From Paraspadella gotoi (lineage: Eukaryota; Animalia; Chaetognatha), in contig CM119267.1 in the NCBI GenBank assembly GCA_051294375.1, positions 22,879,486 to 22,943,485 on the forward strand: a stretch of DNA of 64,000 nt. Direction: 5' to 3'. The position numbers and the translations under genes are program-made. Every line of letters starts with the position of its first letter. The stretch's first letter is position 1. The notes beneath the pieces are model-generated. The model saw only the letters and a list, made by a program, of their open reading frames with translations, did not search any database and was not told the origin of the DNA. This document shows positions 29,001 to 42,454 of this stretch, piece after piece.

Positions 29001-30000
29001 AGCCTGTTCGTTACTGGAGGATTAAGTATTGAAGAGCGGAGTTGATCCCGACTAGAACAAGGAAGGAAGCACACGATTAAAGACTAGACGACGACAGACC
29101 ACGGGCAGCGTCACTTTCATAACACGACGGACCGAATTCTAGCGTATATCTAGAGGTATTGCCGGAGAACACACGAAGAAGACGGATTTACGCTGAGCGA
29201 CCGACAACACCATTCAATGAAGCACGTAGAGGACGACTAAGGACGATATGGACCTTTCGTAAAGAATAGGGTAGCAAAAGGCGACAATGGCAAGTAGAAG
29301 ACATAGCCGTAGCACGACGATCGAACCAAAACCCTGGATCGATGTGATGGTTATTGCTATGACGGACGATCCTTGAGCTAGTTGAGAAATGCTACGCAGC
29401 TAGGTATTCTGACATGAAGACGATTCACCGCTGACGCACGAATCTGCGACCAGTACGATGCAGACTCGGCATCTTGGCGTCAAGACGATTGTCCCAGCCC
29501 TTGCAGATTGACAGTTGAAGAAGCCGATTAATGCGACGGGACCCTCGACACCACCGGCACGGGAACGACCTTAAGTTGGTACGCTGCCGCTCTTTCTGCT
29601 CTTTCCCTATCTGGTCGAACCAAAACAGAAAAGACGGATAGCCTAGACACCGTTTAAGGAAGCAGATACCGATTGAGGCGAATCACGGACACTTTTTTAT
29701 CTATCGTCGAGACGACCGATCTAACGGGGAGTCTTTTTTTTTTTTTTAGTCTAAGTTAAAAATTTTCAGATGATCCGCAGTCAGGGGTTTTAAATATTAG
29801 ATGGGTAATAGTTGGACAACCGAACGTATGATAGCTGATTGACGTTTTGAGATGAACAGTCGAGTACGTCACGATCGACCGAATCCTGTACGACGAATGC
29901 CTGTTTCGGACCGACCCGAATGAGACCGACATAGTGCGAAAGACGACGATCACGATAGAGTTTGTATCCAGGTCGATGATCCTAAGGAGGAGACGATGGA
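26011..30000 (+). repeat. Second, progressively degenerating copy of the 63-bp array
   Basis: The same motifs (gatcctaacgacgatgcc, aacgaagaagacgatagcg) appear with increasing random insertions. It starts directly after a 25-N gap. Confidence 0.8.
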
Positions 30001-31044
30001 GAGGAGAATGAGGGCTGACAGAAGAGAAAAGCGATTGGGAGAGGGAGAACGAGGAACGGACGGGGACGAGAAACGCGACGACAGACGATATAACTTGGCC
30101 TTGAGGTCGAGCGGATAGAAAGAACTCTCAAAAGACGATGGGATGCAAAAAGAAGAAATAAAAAGTAAAATTTAAATAAGAAAAAAATCCCATCAAGATT
30201 ATCGTGGTTTCTTTAAGTTGAACAATATAAATGGGGTTGGACATCCGCGCGCGCCTGCCGCGCCGCTTCGCGCGCCGCCGCCGGACAACGTCTAAGTACG
30301 TGCCTTTACACTGCGCAGGCAGCCCAGAACGAGCATCGGGCGGCTGTGTGCTCGGGATGGTTCTAAAGCCGCAAAAACTTTCCTTTTCTCGTTTCGTTTT
30401 AATAGAGGGGACAAAAGATGTCCTATTCTTGCGATTGCATTTCCCAACAGTCTTGAACATAATTATATTTTATGAGACTAAGCGAGAGCTTGGGCCTGCC
30501 GTTTCGGCGATAGGGTTCCATGACTTCTTCGAGCGCGTGACACGTTACCTCCAAGAGTGAGGGTTACTATCCCAGATACATCATGTATTGTCGGCTTTCA
30601 GTTGGTCCAAAGAGAAGGGTATATTCATGGATTGGCGTAGATTTGTTTTTTTCACTTGGGTAGTCTTCTCAAGGTGAGGTAGGTTTCAGAGAAGGACAAG
30701 ATTTCGACACTGCGTTATTCGTCCAGATACCACTCCTGCCCTTTTTAATGTTAAAAAAAGAGAAGATAAAATGGATGATTCAGCGCCGCGACTTTTTTTC
30801 TTTCGCTGTCCTTTCTCTCATTGGTCTCGATGAGTGGACGTCTTACGGCGCGTGGAGGGAATAACAAATGGTGACGTGCGAGCGCGAGCCGTCGGGTCGT
30901 GGGGCCAGGCCGGTGAGTGTTAGTCTCATGCCTCTCGCCTTCTCCTCCCGGCCTCTTTCGGAACGAACGATTCTACGTCGCGATGCGACGAAACCGAGAC
31001 GATACGCCGACGACACACGACCGACCGACGAATCCGAGACCGAC

Positions 31045-31530
31045 CAGCGGTTTTTCGCCACCGCCACGATGACGTTTGACGTTTTGTCTCCGAGAATTTG
31101 GGTTCGCGCAACAAGAAAGGAAAGATCGTAAAGATTCGACGGAGGGAATTCGATCTTGGTGGCGGTGGAGAATGTGGTGGAGGGGGGGAAAGGTGGTGAG
31201 GGGAAGAGGGGCAAGGAGGAGATGGGAGGGGAGGAAAGGTGGGTTTCGGTGCGTTGGGTAAAGTAAATGCGAGAGGGGTGAAAGGAAAAGGTAGGAAAAG
31301 AAAGGTCGGTTTAACGGGAAAGAAGGGGAAAAAGTTAAGGAATGGTAGGGGCAGCGTAGGAAAAGAAGGGAAGGTGGAGAAATGAGACGATAGTTAGGGA
31401 TGAGGAGGGGCGGACCAGTTGAAAGGGAGAGAGGAAGAGGAGCGATATATCCGGAACACGAAAAGTAGTTGAGAATTGAAAGAGATAAAAGTGAATAGGT
31501 TCTTTTTATTTTATCCTTTAGAATTGAGAG
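31045..31530 (+). repeat. Direct duplicate of 19340-19815 (unique tail after the 63-bp array)
   Basis: cagcg(g)ttttt..ccaccgc(c)acgatgacgtttgacg..gattcgac..gatcttggtggcggtggaga.. through ..aattgagag is present at both locations. Confidence 0.9.
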
Positions 31531-34500
31531 GAGAGTGAGAGAGAGAGAGAGAGGAAGAGGAGAGAGAGAGAGAGAGAGGAGAAGAGAGACGATAGGAAGT
31601 GGAGGACAGGAAAACAACGACTACTGAAGAGAAAAGAGGGCTGAGAAAGTTGAACGAAAAATAGTCGAAAGACAAAAAAGTAGGCGAGAAGACTAAAAAA
31701 CTTCTTTTCGGTGAGTTTCGGATTCGTGAGAGGGTTAAAGAATGATGCTTTGTCGGAAGCCTGGAAGGTTGAAAACTCCTTTCTTCTCTCGTCTCTCTCT
31801 TCTCTCTCTATCTCTCTCTCTCTCTCTCTCTCCTCGTCTCTCTCTCCTTCCTCTCTCTCTCTCTCCTCTATTTGACTATTCTTTTCCTTTTTTTTCTCTT
31901 CACTGTCAGCTTTTAAACAATCACTAGCTTTTTTACTATTTGTCATAACTATTGTTTTACTATTTTTAATAATCTGACTAATGTCTAAGTCTAATTTTAC
32001 TCTCACACGTTTTCTCTTACTCCTTTCTATCCCTCAATCATGCTTCTCTCGCTCTTTGCCCTCTCACTCCTCTTACCTCAAATATCTCCTCTCTCCCTCT
32101 TTTCTCCTTCACGCACCCCACTGCTCTACCCTCGCTCAGGCCCCCGCCTCGCCTCCCCTCGCTCGCTCCGCGACGTCGAGGTCGGAACTCGACGGTTTTT
32201 TCCCTTTCTACAAATAATCGGGTTCTTTAGTTGGTCAGTAGCGAAGGGATTTTTGGCGGGGTTTAGCGAGAGAGACGAGAGAGAGAGAGAGAGAGGAGAG
32301 AGGAGAGAGAGAGGAGAGAGAGAGGGTGGGAGGGGCAAGAAGCAGAGGTGAGACAGAGTGCGGCCGTGTCAAGATAGAGAGGAGAGAAATATGAGAGAGA
32401 ACGTTTATAATCGAGAGAGAGAGAATTTGAGAGAGGATTTAATCCAAGTCGTTTTTTTATCGCAGTGACTCTCTCTAGTTCTTTCTTTTTTCTTTCTATC
32501 TTTTTTTTTTTCTTTCTTTCGTTCTTTCTTTCTTTCTTTCTATCTTCTTCAATGTTTATTTCTTTTCTCTTTCTGTCTTTCTTTCTTTTTTATTTTTCTA
32601 TCTTTCTTTTTTTCGGTCTCTCTTTTTTTAATTCTTACTTTCTTTCTTTCTTTCTATCTTCTTTAATGTTTATTTCTTTTCTCTTTCTGTCTTTCTTTCT
32701 TTCTTCCTTTACCCACCATAGCCTGTCCAAAGTCAAGGGCAAGATAGTTAATTTTTATAAATAAATAAATTTATAAATAATGAATTTACAAGCACTAGCA
32801 ATTAACTAATAATTTATTAAATGCAACTAATTCACATTAACGTTGAGAACATGATTTCGATAATGAAGTTATCCCTTGCTTTGTCACAGGAACGAAGAAC
32901 TCTATAAAAACTTACAAAGCATTAAAATACCGTAAATTATTTTTTTTTATTAATACCAAAAACAGTATTAACTTAATCGGCAACAAAATCAATCAATAAC
33001 AACGAATAAAACTGAACTAACATCAACGATGGAGGAAAAAACTTGAAAATCATCGGATCAAAAACAATTAAAAGTCTGAACAAAATGTACCCAAAAATGT
33101 CAAATGGTACACGTGAATACTAGAAGACAAGAGCTGAAAACGTAAAAATAACAAATGAGAAAAAAAACAAAACAAACAACGTTATTGAAGCGTAAATACG
33201 TAAAAACAAAACAAAAAACAAAACGTGAGTAAAACATAAGTGTTAATTGTATAAACAAGAACATTTAAAAATAAAGATTAAACGTGACCGTAAAGGGCAG
33301 AAGAACCACGGCGCTAATAAGAGAAACGACGAAATCAATAATTTGATGATAAACACGCAAAAATTGATAAATGGAAGGGATTTGTTCTTTACATCATCAA
33401 ACTGAATAAAACGCCTCAATTTTAAATTATACGTATTTTCCCCCACGCATACAGGGCCACTCATATTATCGAAACGAAATAAAAGTCTTTGACTCCGGTG
33501 ATGTTGATGATAACTTTTGATTTCAATTTCATCCCCAAATTTAGTTTGCATACTTCCGAATTAAACCAGCGCAATTGTACAAGGGTTATTCGCTAAAGAC
33601 TGCAATATGCAAATTAGAATGAAAAAAAAGGGAAATGAGACCGGATCGGAAATCCCGACTACGATCCTCGACAAAAATGCAAATATTCCGTTGTTGATCT
33701 ACTTGTTCCGTTCTCAACTTTTTCTTGTTCTTTTTTTTGTTCCGTTCTCAACTTTTGCTTGTTCTTTTTTTTTTTTATCTCTCGACCACGAATGAAAATC
33801 GATAATTTGTCGTCAAGATTTTGATTCGCAACTTTGAAACCTGTTTTCATTTTCTTTCTTTCTTTCTCTTTCTTTCTCTTTCTTTTTTCTTTCCTTCTTT
33901 TTCCTTTCCTTTCCTTTCTTTCTTTTCCTTTGCTCTCCTTTTCTTTCCTTCTCTTTCCTTTTCTTCTATTTTCTATCCTTTGCTCTTTCCTTTCCTTTCC
34001 TTTCCTTTCCTTTCCTTTCCTTTCCTTTCCTTTCCTTTCCTTTCCTTTCCTTTCCTTTCCTTTCCTTTCCTTTCCTTTCCTTCTCCCAAATTCGATTTCA
34101 TCTCCCAAAATCCATTAACGTCGAACCTCGATTTTCTTTCTTCCTTTTTTAATTTTTGTCTTCTTTTTTTGTCTGACTTTATGGCATCCGACGTTTGTTG
34201 TTTTTTGGTCTCTGTTCTGCTCTCTCTCTCTCGTCTCTCATCCTCTCTCTTTCTCTCTCTCTCTCTCTCTCTTCTCTCCTCCTCTTCTCTCTCTCTCTCA
34301 AACCTGACGTCGCCCAACGCTTCTCAGATCCTCCGATCTTCCGATCACCAATTCGTCGTCGTCGTTGCAATTATCGTCTTCGTCGTCGTCTTCGGTGTCA
34401 TCTGAGATATTCTCGTCCTCCTCTTCGTCCTTATTTTTCGTCGTCGTCATCGTCATCGTCGTCTTCGCTATAGTCTCTCGTTCTACTATGTCATATCCAA

Positions 34501-34681
34501 TACTTATTACCATCAACCCTGTCATCCCCACAATATTTATGTCATATTTTTTGGCGTTGTTCTTTTTCGTGGTCGTGCTACTATAATCTCTCTTCCTCCT
34601 CCTCCTCTTCCTCCTCTTCCTCCTCCTTTCTCTCTCATCTTCGTTCTTGTTGTTGTCCTCTCGTCGACCTTAAACCTCAAA

Positions 34682-34713
<32 letters not shown>

Positions 34714-35229
34714 TCGTCTTCTTCTCGGACCCAAAATCGTAAAAATCCCGCGTTTCGTTTCGATTCGTTGATTCGTCGCGTTTTTGTGATTCTTTTCACG
34801 GAGATTTTATTATGTTTTTTTTTTCCAAAGAAGAAGGAAAATAAAAACCCTACAAAATCTTATAAAAATATATTTTTTAAAAAACTCCTTTGTGTTTTTT
34901 TTCTCTCAAAAATTCGCGTCGAAATTTAAACCTTCGCGCGACTCTGGATGTGATTCTCCAACCGCGAAACGCTTTTTTTTCCTTGTTTCAAATTTGAAAA
35001 AAAAAATTCCTTTTTTTTTTGGGTAAAATTTGTGAACAATTTGAGAAAGAAGCCGCGAGTCACGTGAATTCGACGCTGGAAATCGATTCACTTGGATTCA
35101 TTCCAACTCCTTAAAAACGTCAAAATGGATTCCGTTTTCCGCTCGTGCAGCATTGTGCAGTGTGTACATTTTTAGAGGAGTACAAAATAAAAAAAAGATT
35201 TTTTTAAAAAAAATTTGAGCGATAAAAAT

Positions 35230-35271
<42 letters not shown>

Positions 35272-38200
35272 GCTCGTTCACGTCACTTTGTTATTCTCAC
35301 GGTTAAGAATGAGAAAGGACACGAAAAAGTGTGAATCATCATTTTATCTTAAAGATCACGATAAAGTAAATCTTTCCTTCTGAAACTTCACCTTGAAGAT
35401 ACAATGAAAAAAAATCTACGCCATGAATTATTACGTTTGGATATTATCCATACCTCACTGTAAACGTTCAAGAATTATGGAACCACGGCTTTAAAAATGT
35501 CAAGAGGAATCGCGGAATTTTTCTTATAAAAAAGAGTTTGCTTTAAAAAGGTTCGCCTGTAAAGATGTCAACTTAAAAAAGAAATCTTGATGGATTTTTT
35601 CTTTTTAAATTTTATTTTTATTCTTTCTTTTTTATTTTGATCTATCGCTTCGCACCAAGTTTATGTCGACTGAAAAAAAAATCATTAATATTAAACTTTG
35701 ACTTGCATGAAAAATTTTAATATGACTAAAAAACGAGAGATTAAAAGTTCGCTCAATATCTCTTAAAGTATTTGTCAAGAGAAAACTTAGTTTATAACTA
35801 AAATACATACTGATCCGGTAGAATGAAGAAGGTATTTATGTTTAGAAATCTTAATACTAAGCTAGTAAGGAAAAAAGAGCACACTAAAAATAACGTAAAA
35901 CGTAACAAAGCGCTAAAAATAACCAACACGATGCAAACAGGAGTGTCAGCTCGTCGCGAAAAAAAGTGTCAAAGAAAGAGACTGCGAATTTGAAAAGATG
36001 ATTGCTCTTCTCTTCGCCCGCGGAGGTGTAACGAGGAAGGAAAACGTGCCTCGCATAATAGAAACCTGGCTATGGAGAGAGAGAGAGAGAGAGATGACGG
36101 ACGACGACGACGACGAGGGACGACACGACCAAGATAATATTCAAGAAAACCGCAATGATGGTCAACCTTGTACAGAGGCCTCAAAATAGGGGAAAAGGAA
36201 CTAAAAACCGACTTCACTTACCAACATCGACCGCAGCCTCACTTTAAACTCACCTTTTCCCCAAAAATGACGTCAATTCCTTCCCCGGGGAATTCCCCCG
36301 CTGCGTTTCCGCTCGACTTCGGCTACAATTAGGGATAATTACAACGACGCTAAAGTCAAGTCCGACGCTTACGATATGCGGGTTCGACTTCGTGGCGTCT
36401 TGTGTAGGAGATGAGGATTATCAACGGTGACGTCGCTGGTTCGAGTACGAGAATGCGAAGTTTTCTTTTCAAAATCAATCCGTATATGAAATTGGTTCAA
36501 TCAATAAAAATATTATCCAATCATTTAATAAATAAGCTAACTTGCCCCTGACTTTGGACAGGCTTTACTGGTTTAAGGCCTCCATCACTCTTACAAGATA
36601 ATGACATAGCAGGTCTCTGCAAGCTTTCAATTAAGACTGTCTCTATATCACAGACCGTAAGCAACACCGAATAACGACAAAAATGAGTTAAAGAACGGAG
36701 GCTTAACAATCAATCAAAAAAAAATAAACTAGTACAGACCTACATAAGGTTATCTTCAGCGGTGATTTCCCAACTACAATTTGTACCTTCTGCCACTTCG
36801 CCGCGGTCGGTCATCGGAGTTGCCACTCTGCCATTTGGTCATCGAGATCGTCCATTTGCCATCGGGATGAAGATTCTCCTCGTAAAATTCAAATATGGTC
36901 ACGTGATGCGACATAGATAATACAAATAGGGGAACGACGATGAAGACGACGACGACGACGAGAGAGGAAGAAAGAGAGAAGCGAAAGATCAAACAACGAA
37001 ATCATTCGACCATGAAATCTTTTCGCACGATGGACAGCTACAACAACGACAACAACAACTACGATCGATAAACCGTCGATGTTTGACTGGAAAACGACGA
37101 CCGGTTCCGAGAGGCGCACGTGGACCGACCGACCGGAGATCGTCGTCGTCGTCCTTTTCGTCGATTGACAGCGATGAACCGCGGGTCCGGTTCGAGGTTT
37201 TCGGGGCGGGTCGGAGTTTCATCGCTGTCACCCCGGAGTTTCATCGCTGTCGTCGTTTGTCTCCGTCAATTTCGTCGAGAAAAATCAGGAATAACCCTTT
37301 TCCATTTTTTTTTTGTGAATGAGAATTGGAGAAGTTTGGATCCTGAAACAAATGTTTAAAATGTTTAAAATGCTTAAAATTGAAGTTAATTTCACGATAC
37401 TGTGCTAAAAATCATTAGCCAATTCTAATATCAATTTTACTTTACCTGTCGTTTCGATATGACGGTTTACAAATTAAATTAATATTCAACCTCGGAAATA
37501 CCCGGCTGATTACCCGACTATTAACGAGATATTCTAACCACTCTTAATTTGTTTTAAAATTAAAAAACTCTAAAAAAATTTATCGTTTCGTGGTATTATT
37601 ATTAAGGCCAAAAAATGTCGACGAAAAATCTTAACATTTTTTTAAATATTACTCCCAAAAAAGACCCGATTTTTCCTTCTTCCTCCCTTTTTCCATCCAA
37701 AAAAAAAGGAAATCTAGATCCCGAATCGGCGGNNNNNNNNNNNNNNNNNNNNNNNNNNNNNNNNNNNNNNNNNNNNNNNNNNNNNNNNNNNNNNNNNNNN
37801 NNNNNNNNNNNNNNNNNNNNNNNNNNNNNNNNNNNNNNNNNNNNNNNNNNNNNNNNNNNNNNNNNNNNNNNNNNNNNNNNNNNNNNNNNNNNNNNNNNNN
37901 NNNNNNNNNNNNNNNNNNNNNNNNNNNNNNNNNNNNNNNNNNNNNNNNNNNNNNNNNNNNNNNNNNNNNNNNNNNNNNNNNNNNNNNNNNNNNNNNNNNN
38001 NNNNNNNNNNNNNNNNNNNNNNNNNNNNNNNNNNNNNNNNNNNNNNNNNNNNNNNNNNNNNNNNNNNNNNNNNNNNNNNNNNNNNNNNNNNNNNNNNNNN
38101 NNNNNNNNNNNNNNNNNNNNNNNNNNNNNNNNNNNNNNNNNNNNNNNNNNNNNNNNNNNNNNNNNNNNNNNNNNNNNNNNNNNNNNNNNNNNNNNNNNNN

Positions 38201-38704
38201 NNNNNNNNNNNNNNNNNNNNNNNNNNNNNNNNNNNNNNNNNNNNNNNNNNNNNNNNNNNNNNNNNNNNNNNNNNNNNNNNNNNNNNNNAAAAAAAGAAGA
38301 TGTGGAAAAATTTCCGGATTTCCGTCTTGAGATCGAAATCTTCTAATTAATCCGCGTTTTTCTTCTGTTTTTTTCTCCGCAAATTAATTCGTCCGATTTC
38401 GATACAAAGAGATGTTTTATTTATTTTTTTGTTTTTTATTAATTTATATTTTCTATTTGTTTTATCTTTAAGAGAAGCGATCAGACAATGGTTTCATTGT
38501 TTTAACTCTTCTCCGGTTTTAATGGTAGGCGTTTCTACTTTTTCTGTTGTAAACTTTTCTCTTGTGGATAATTTGGTTTATGAAATTTAGTTATTAAAAA
38601 GGTTTAGAAGTGATTGAGAGGAAAATGGTGCAAATGGCTCTCACACTTAGTGTGCTGTCTTGAGTTCAGACAAGAGAAAAGCTTGCTATCGTTGTTTCAA
38701 CCCG

Positions 38705-38785
38705 CCCGTCACTGCTTCTACCTGGTCGAGAACCTGGGACTGTTTAATTCGGAGTTGAAGCGTTAGTACTATGCGCTGTGACGGC
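38705..38785 (-). mobile_element. Possible tRNA-derived SINE head
   Basis: The minus strand reads GCCGTCACAGCGCATAGTACTAACGC...CCCAGGTTCTCGACCAGG, with A-box-like and B-box-like motifs but no proper cloverleaf. Confidence 0.3.
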
Positions 38786-39213
38786 GCTGAAGGAAGAAGC
38801 AGCCTTATTATTACTATTATTATTATTACGTCACAACACAATCTGACATTGAGTGCGCTATGGTTATGGTCTCCATCTCTCTTACAAAAAGTAGCTTTGC
38901 AAAATCCTGCGAGCTTTCTATCTTTCTATCTCATTGTTGTTGTAGTTATTCTTTTATGTTCTTATTATTGTTAAGTCGTTGTTCACCTTCGACAGACGTC
39001 CTCGCAGTCAGTATCTCTCCTTTTCGTCTTGAGAAAAAAAAAACAAAGAAAAAACCTTCACGGATTTTTTGTTTTTTTCGCTTTGATCGAAATCTGAATC
39101 TTTCGTCTTTTGTTTTTGAGATTCGGTCCGTGAAAACGAGCGCCGCGTAAGGAGGAGGGGGGGGAAGTTTCTCTCTCTGTCTCTCTCGTTCTCTCTCTCA
39201 CGTACGCGCAATT

Positions 39214-39244
<31 letters not shown>

Positions 39245-41452
39245 AACACTCCTTAAATTTCCTTTGTTCAACACGTTCGAAGAGAAGTTTCATATAACGT
39301 CAGCTGCTCAAGAAACGTTTGAACAGGAACAAGTTAGGGCCAAAAGACGACGACGACGACGACGACGACAACAGGAATAACGAAGACGACGACGACAACA
39401 CTAAACAACTAGACGACACGAGACGACGAATACAGAACAAATATCTCAATAAAAGACAAGAACGAATGACAATAAAAAAAAACAGGAGAAATGGATCGTT
39501 TAGCGTCGAAGTTAAAAAGAAACTGGATCCAACGCTTTTATCTCTCGCTTATTTTTTTTTTTTTTTTTTTTTTTTTTTGCTTTTTATTCGGAGGTTTCCC
39601 GCTATTTTCGTTTTAATTCGAAAATATGTATTATTGAAACAGTGAGAAAAAGAGAAAAATTTTTTCTTTTTTCTTCGAGTAAAATAAATAAACTTTTTTA
39701 ACAAAACATTTTGCTCGAGTTCGACATGTGACGACGACGACGACGACACGAGACAGGGACGGCTCCGAGATGCCCGTTACCCTTATCTATCTTTCCATAA
39801 AACCTGTTTTTGTTTCCTTTGGTTTCGTCGGCAGATTGACGTTGGTATTGCATCTCTGGATCTGCTCTTGATGTCGCGTTTTATTGCGGATAACGAAATT
39901 AAAGAAGGNNNNNNNNNNNNNNNNNNNNNNNNNNNNNNNNNNNNNNNNNNNNNNNNNNNNNNNNNNNNNNNNNNNNNNNNNNNNNNNNNNNNNNNNNNNN
40001 NNNNNNNNNNNNNNNNNNNNNNNNNNNNNNNNNNNNNNNNNNNNNNNNNNNNNNAAAATAATAAGGAAAGAAAAGATAGAAAGGAAAGATATGAAATAAA
40101 AAATCAGAACTAAGAAGAAAGATGAAATAAAAAAGAATGAAAAANNNNNNNNNNNNNNNNNNNNNNNNNNNNNNNNNNNNNNNNNNNNNNNNNNNNNNNN
40201 NNNNNNNNNNNNNNNNNNNNNNNNNNNNNNNNNNNNNNNNNNNNNNNNNNNNNNNNNNNNNNNNNNNNNNNNNNNNNNNNNNNNNNNNNNNNNNNNNNNN
40301 NNNNNNNNNNNNNNNNNNNNNNNNNNNNNNNNNNNNNNNNNNNNNNNNNNNNNNNNNNNNNNNNNNNNNNNNNNNNNNNNNNNNNNNNNNNNCAAAAAAA
40401 CTTTCAGAAAACAAAAAAGAGAGACCCCGAGTCGTTCAATGACAGGGACAGAGATTTAATTTGCATATTTTTGCGCGATTGAAATTTTCTTTTCTTCTTC
40501 TTCTTTTTCTTTTGTTTTTATTTTTTTTTTNNNNNNNNNNNNNNNNNNNNNNNNNNNNNNNNNNNNNNNNNNNNNNNNNNNNNNNNNNNNNNNNNNNNNN
40601 NNNNNNNNNNNNNNNNNNNNNNNNNNNNNNNNNNNNNNNNNNNNNNNNNNNNNNNNNNNNNNNNNNNNNNNNNNNNNNNNNNNNNNNNNNNNNNNNNNNN
40701 NNNNNNNNNNNNNNNNNNNNNNNNNNNNNNNNNNNNNNNNNNNNNNNNNNNNNNNNNNNNNNNNNNNNNNNNNNNNNNNNNNNNNNNNNNNNNNNNNNNN
40801 NNNNNNNNNNNNNNNNTAATTTGGATTTTTTTTCTTTTCTCTTTTTTTGTTTTCAGAATTTTATTTCGGCGGAAGAAAAAAGACGCGACATTTTTTTTTA
40901 GATTCGATGAAAAAATAAGAGGAAGAAAAAAGATGAAGATAAAATTCGAAATCTAAAAATAGGGAAAAAATACGTCAGACGCACCTTCGCAACTAAGAAA
41001 CAATTTTTTAAAAATAAATAAATAAATAATAAAAAAAAAGAAATTAATGAAAAAAAATTAAAGGATAAATGTATCGAATAAACATTGAACATTGAATCTT
41101 GCGTCATTCGGATTTTAAATAAACCTTTACAACATATTTAACGTGGGTATGAGTTTTAATTTTGTGTCAACAAGAACAGTCAATGTTATTATTATCGAAT
41201 TTTTTTCATTTTTCGTCGTCGTTGTCGTCGTCGTCAAAACTCGACTCGATCTTTGCTCTTCTTTATTTTCTCTTCCGTTGCCCTTTTGTTGACCTTTGAA
41301 CCTTTTGTTTCTCTTTCGGTCATCAATTTTTTATTTATTTTTAAAAAATGCAAAATTGGAAGAGACCCCCAAAAAAACATTTGACATTTTGCGTCTCTCT
41401 CCCGGCGGATGCGTGTTTCCGTCAGGGAGAGGGAGAGATAGAGAGAGAGAGG

Positions 41453-41500
<48 letters not shown>

Positions 41501-41599
41501 ATGAATAATTTTATCGGTGAGTTTGAAGATAACAAATGTTTGTGGTAGAAAGTGATGTATGTAGAGAGAGGAAGTAAATTTAGGAGCGACAGAATAGAA

Positions 41600-41912
41600 A
41601 AAAAGAGTGTAAATTAACGAGAGAGTAAATCAAAAAGAGAGAATAAATCAAAGAAAAAGTAAATCAAAGAGAGAGTAAATCAAAAAAGAAAGTAAATTAA
41701 AATTAGGAGAGAAAATCGAAGAGATAGTAAATGAAAAAGAGAGAGAGTAAATCAAAGAGAGAAAGTGAATCAAAGAGAGAAAGTAAATCAAAAAGAGAAA
41801 GTAAATCAAAGATACAGTAAATTAAAAAGAAAGTAAATCAAAAAGCGAGAGTAAATCAAAGATAGAATAAATCAAAGAGAGAGTAAATCAAAGAGAGAGT
41901 AAATCAAAGAGA
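41600..41912. repeat. ~16-17-bp minisatellite (GTAAATCAAAGAGAGA)
   Basis: Tandem units are visible. Confidence 0.85.
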
Positions 41913-42419
41913 GTGTGATTCATAGAGAGAGAGTTCTGTTTTGAAAGAAAGGTACAAATGGAAAGAGAGAGCGAAACAAACTTTGTCGGAGACGTGAAAA
42001 AAAAATTGTAAAAAGGAAAAAATAGAGAGAAATATTTGTTTTTCTATTGAATTGAAGGACCAACTATTGAGAATCCCAAGGCCGGTCGAGATTCCGAGAA
42101 TCTTAGCACTCTCTCTCTCTCTCTCTCTCTNNNNNNNNNNNNNNNNNNNNNNNNNNNNNNNNNNNNNNNNNNNNNNNNNNNNNNNNNNNNNNNNNNNNNN
42201 NNNNNNNNNNNNNNNNNNNNNNNNNNNNNNNNNNNNNNNNNNNNNNNNNNNNNNNNNNNNNNNNNNNNNNNNNNNNNNNNNNNNNNNNNNNNNNNNNNNN
42301 NNNNNNNNNNNNNNNNNNNNNNNNNNNNNNNNNNNNNNNNNNNNNNNNNNNNNNNNNNNNNNNNNNNNNNNNNNNNNNNNNNNNNNNNNNNNNNNNNNNN
42401 NNNNNNNNNNNNNNNNNNN

Positions 42420-42454
<35 letters not shown>

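Larger units (their letters stand above)
19850..37230. repeat. Large inverted duplication: ~19850-25848 is the reverse complement of ~31530-37230
   Basis: The same ORF text occurs on opposite strands (25447+ versus 32006-: MTNSKKASDCLKADSEEKKKEKNSQ...; 23238- versus 33821+: ASDVCCFLVSVLLS...). Colinear matches include 20270-20370 with 36775-36880 and 21740-21980 with 35340-35580. Confidence 0.92.

Noticed and set aside
26011-30000. Biological diversification gradient of the 63-bp array
   Set aside because: Insertion-dominated decay starting at a 25-N gap fits a low-quality single long read better.
22900-34600. ER/LS-rich and KGKER ORFs
   Set aside because: They are translations of (GA)n and (GGAAA)n microsatellites.
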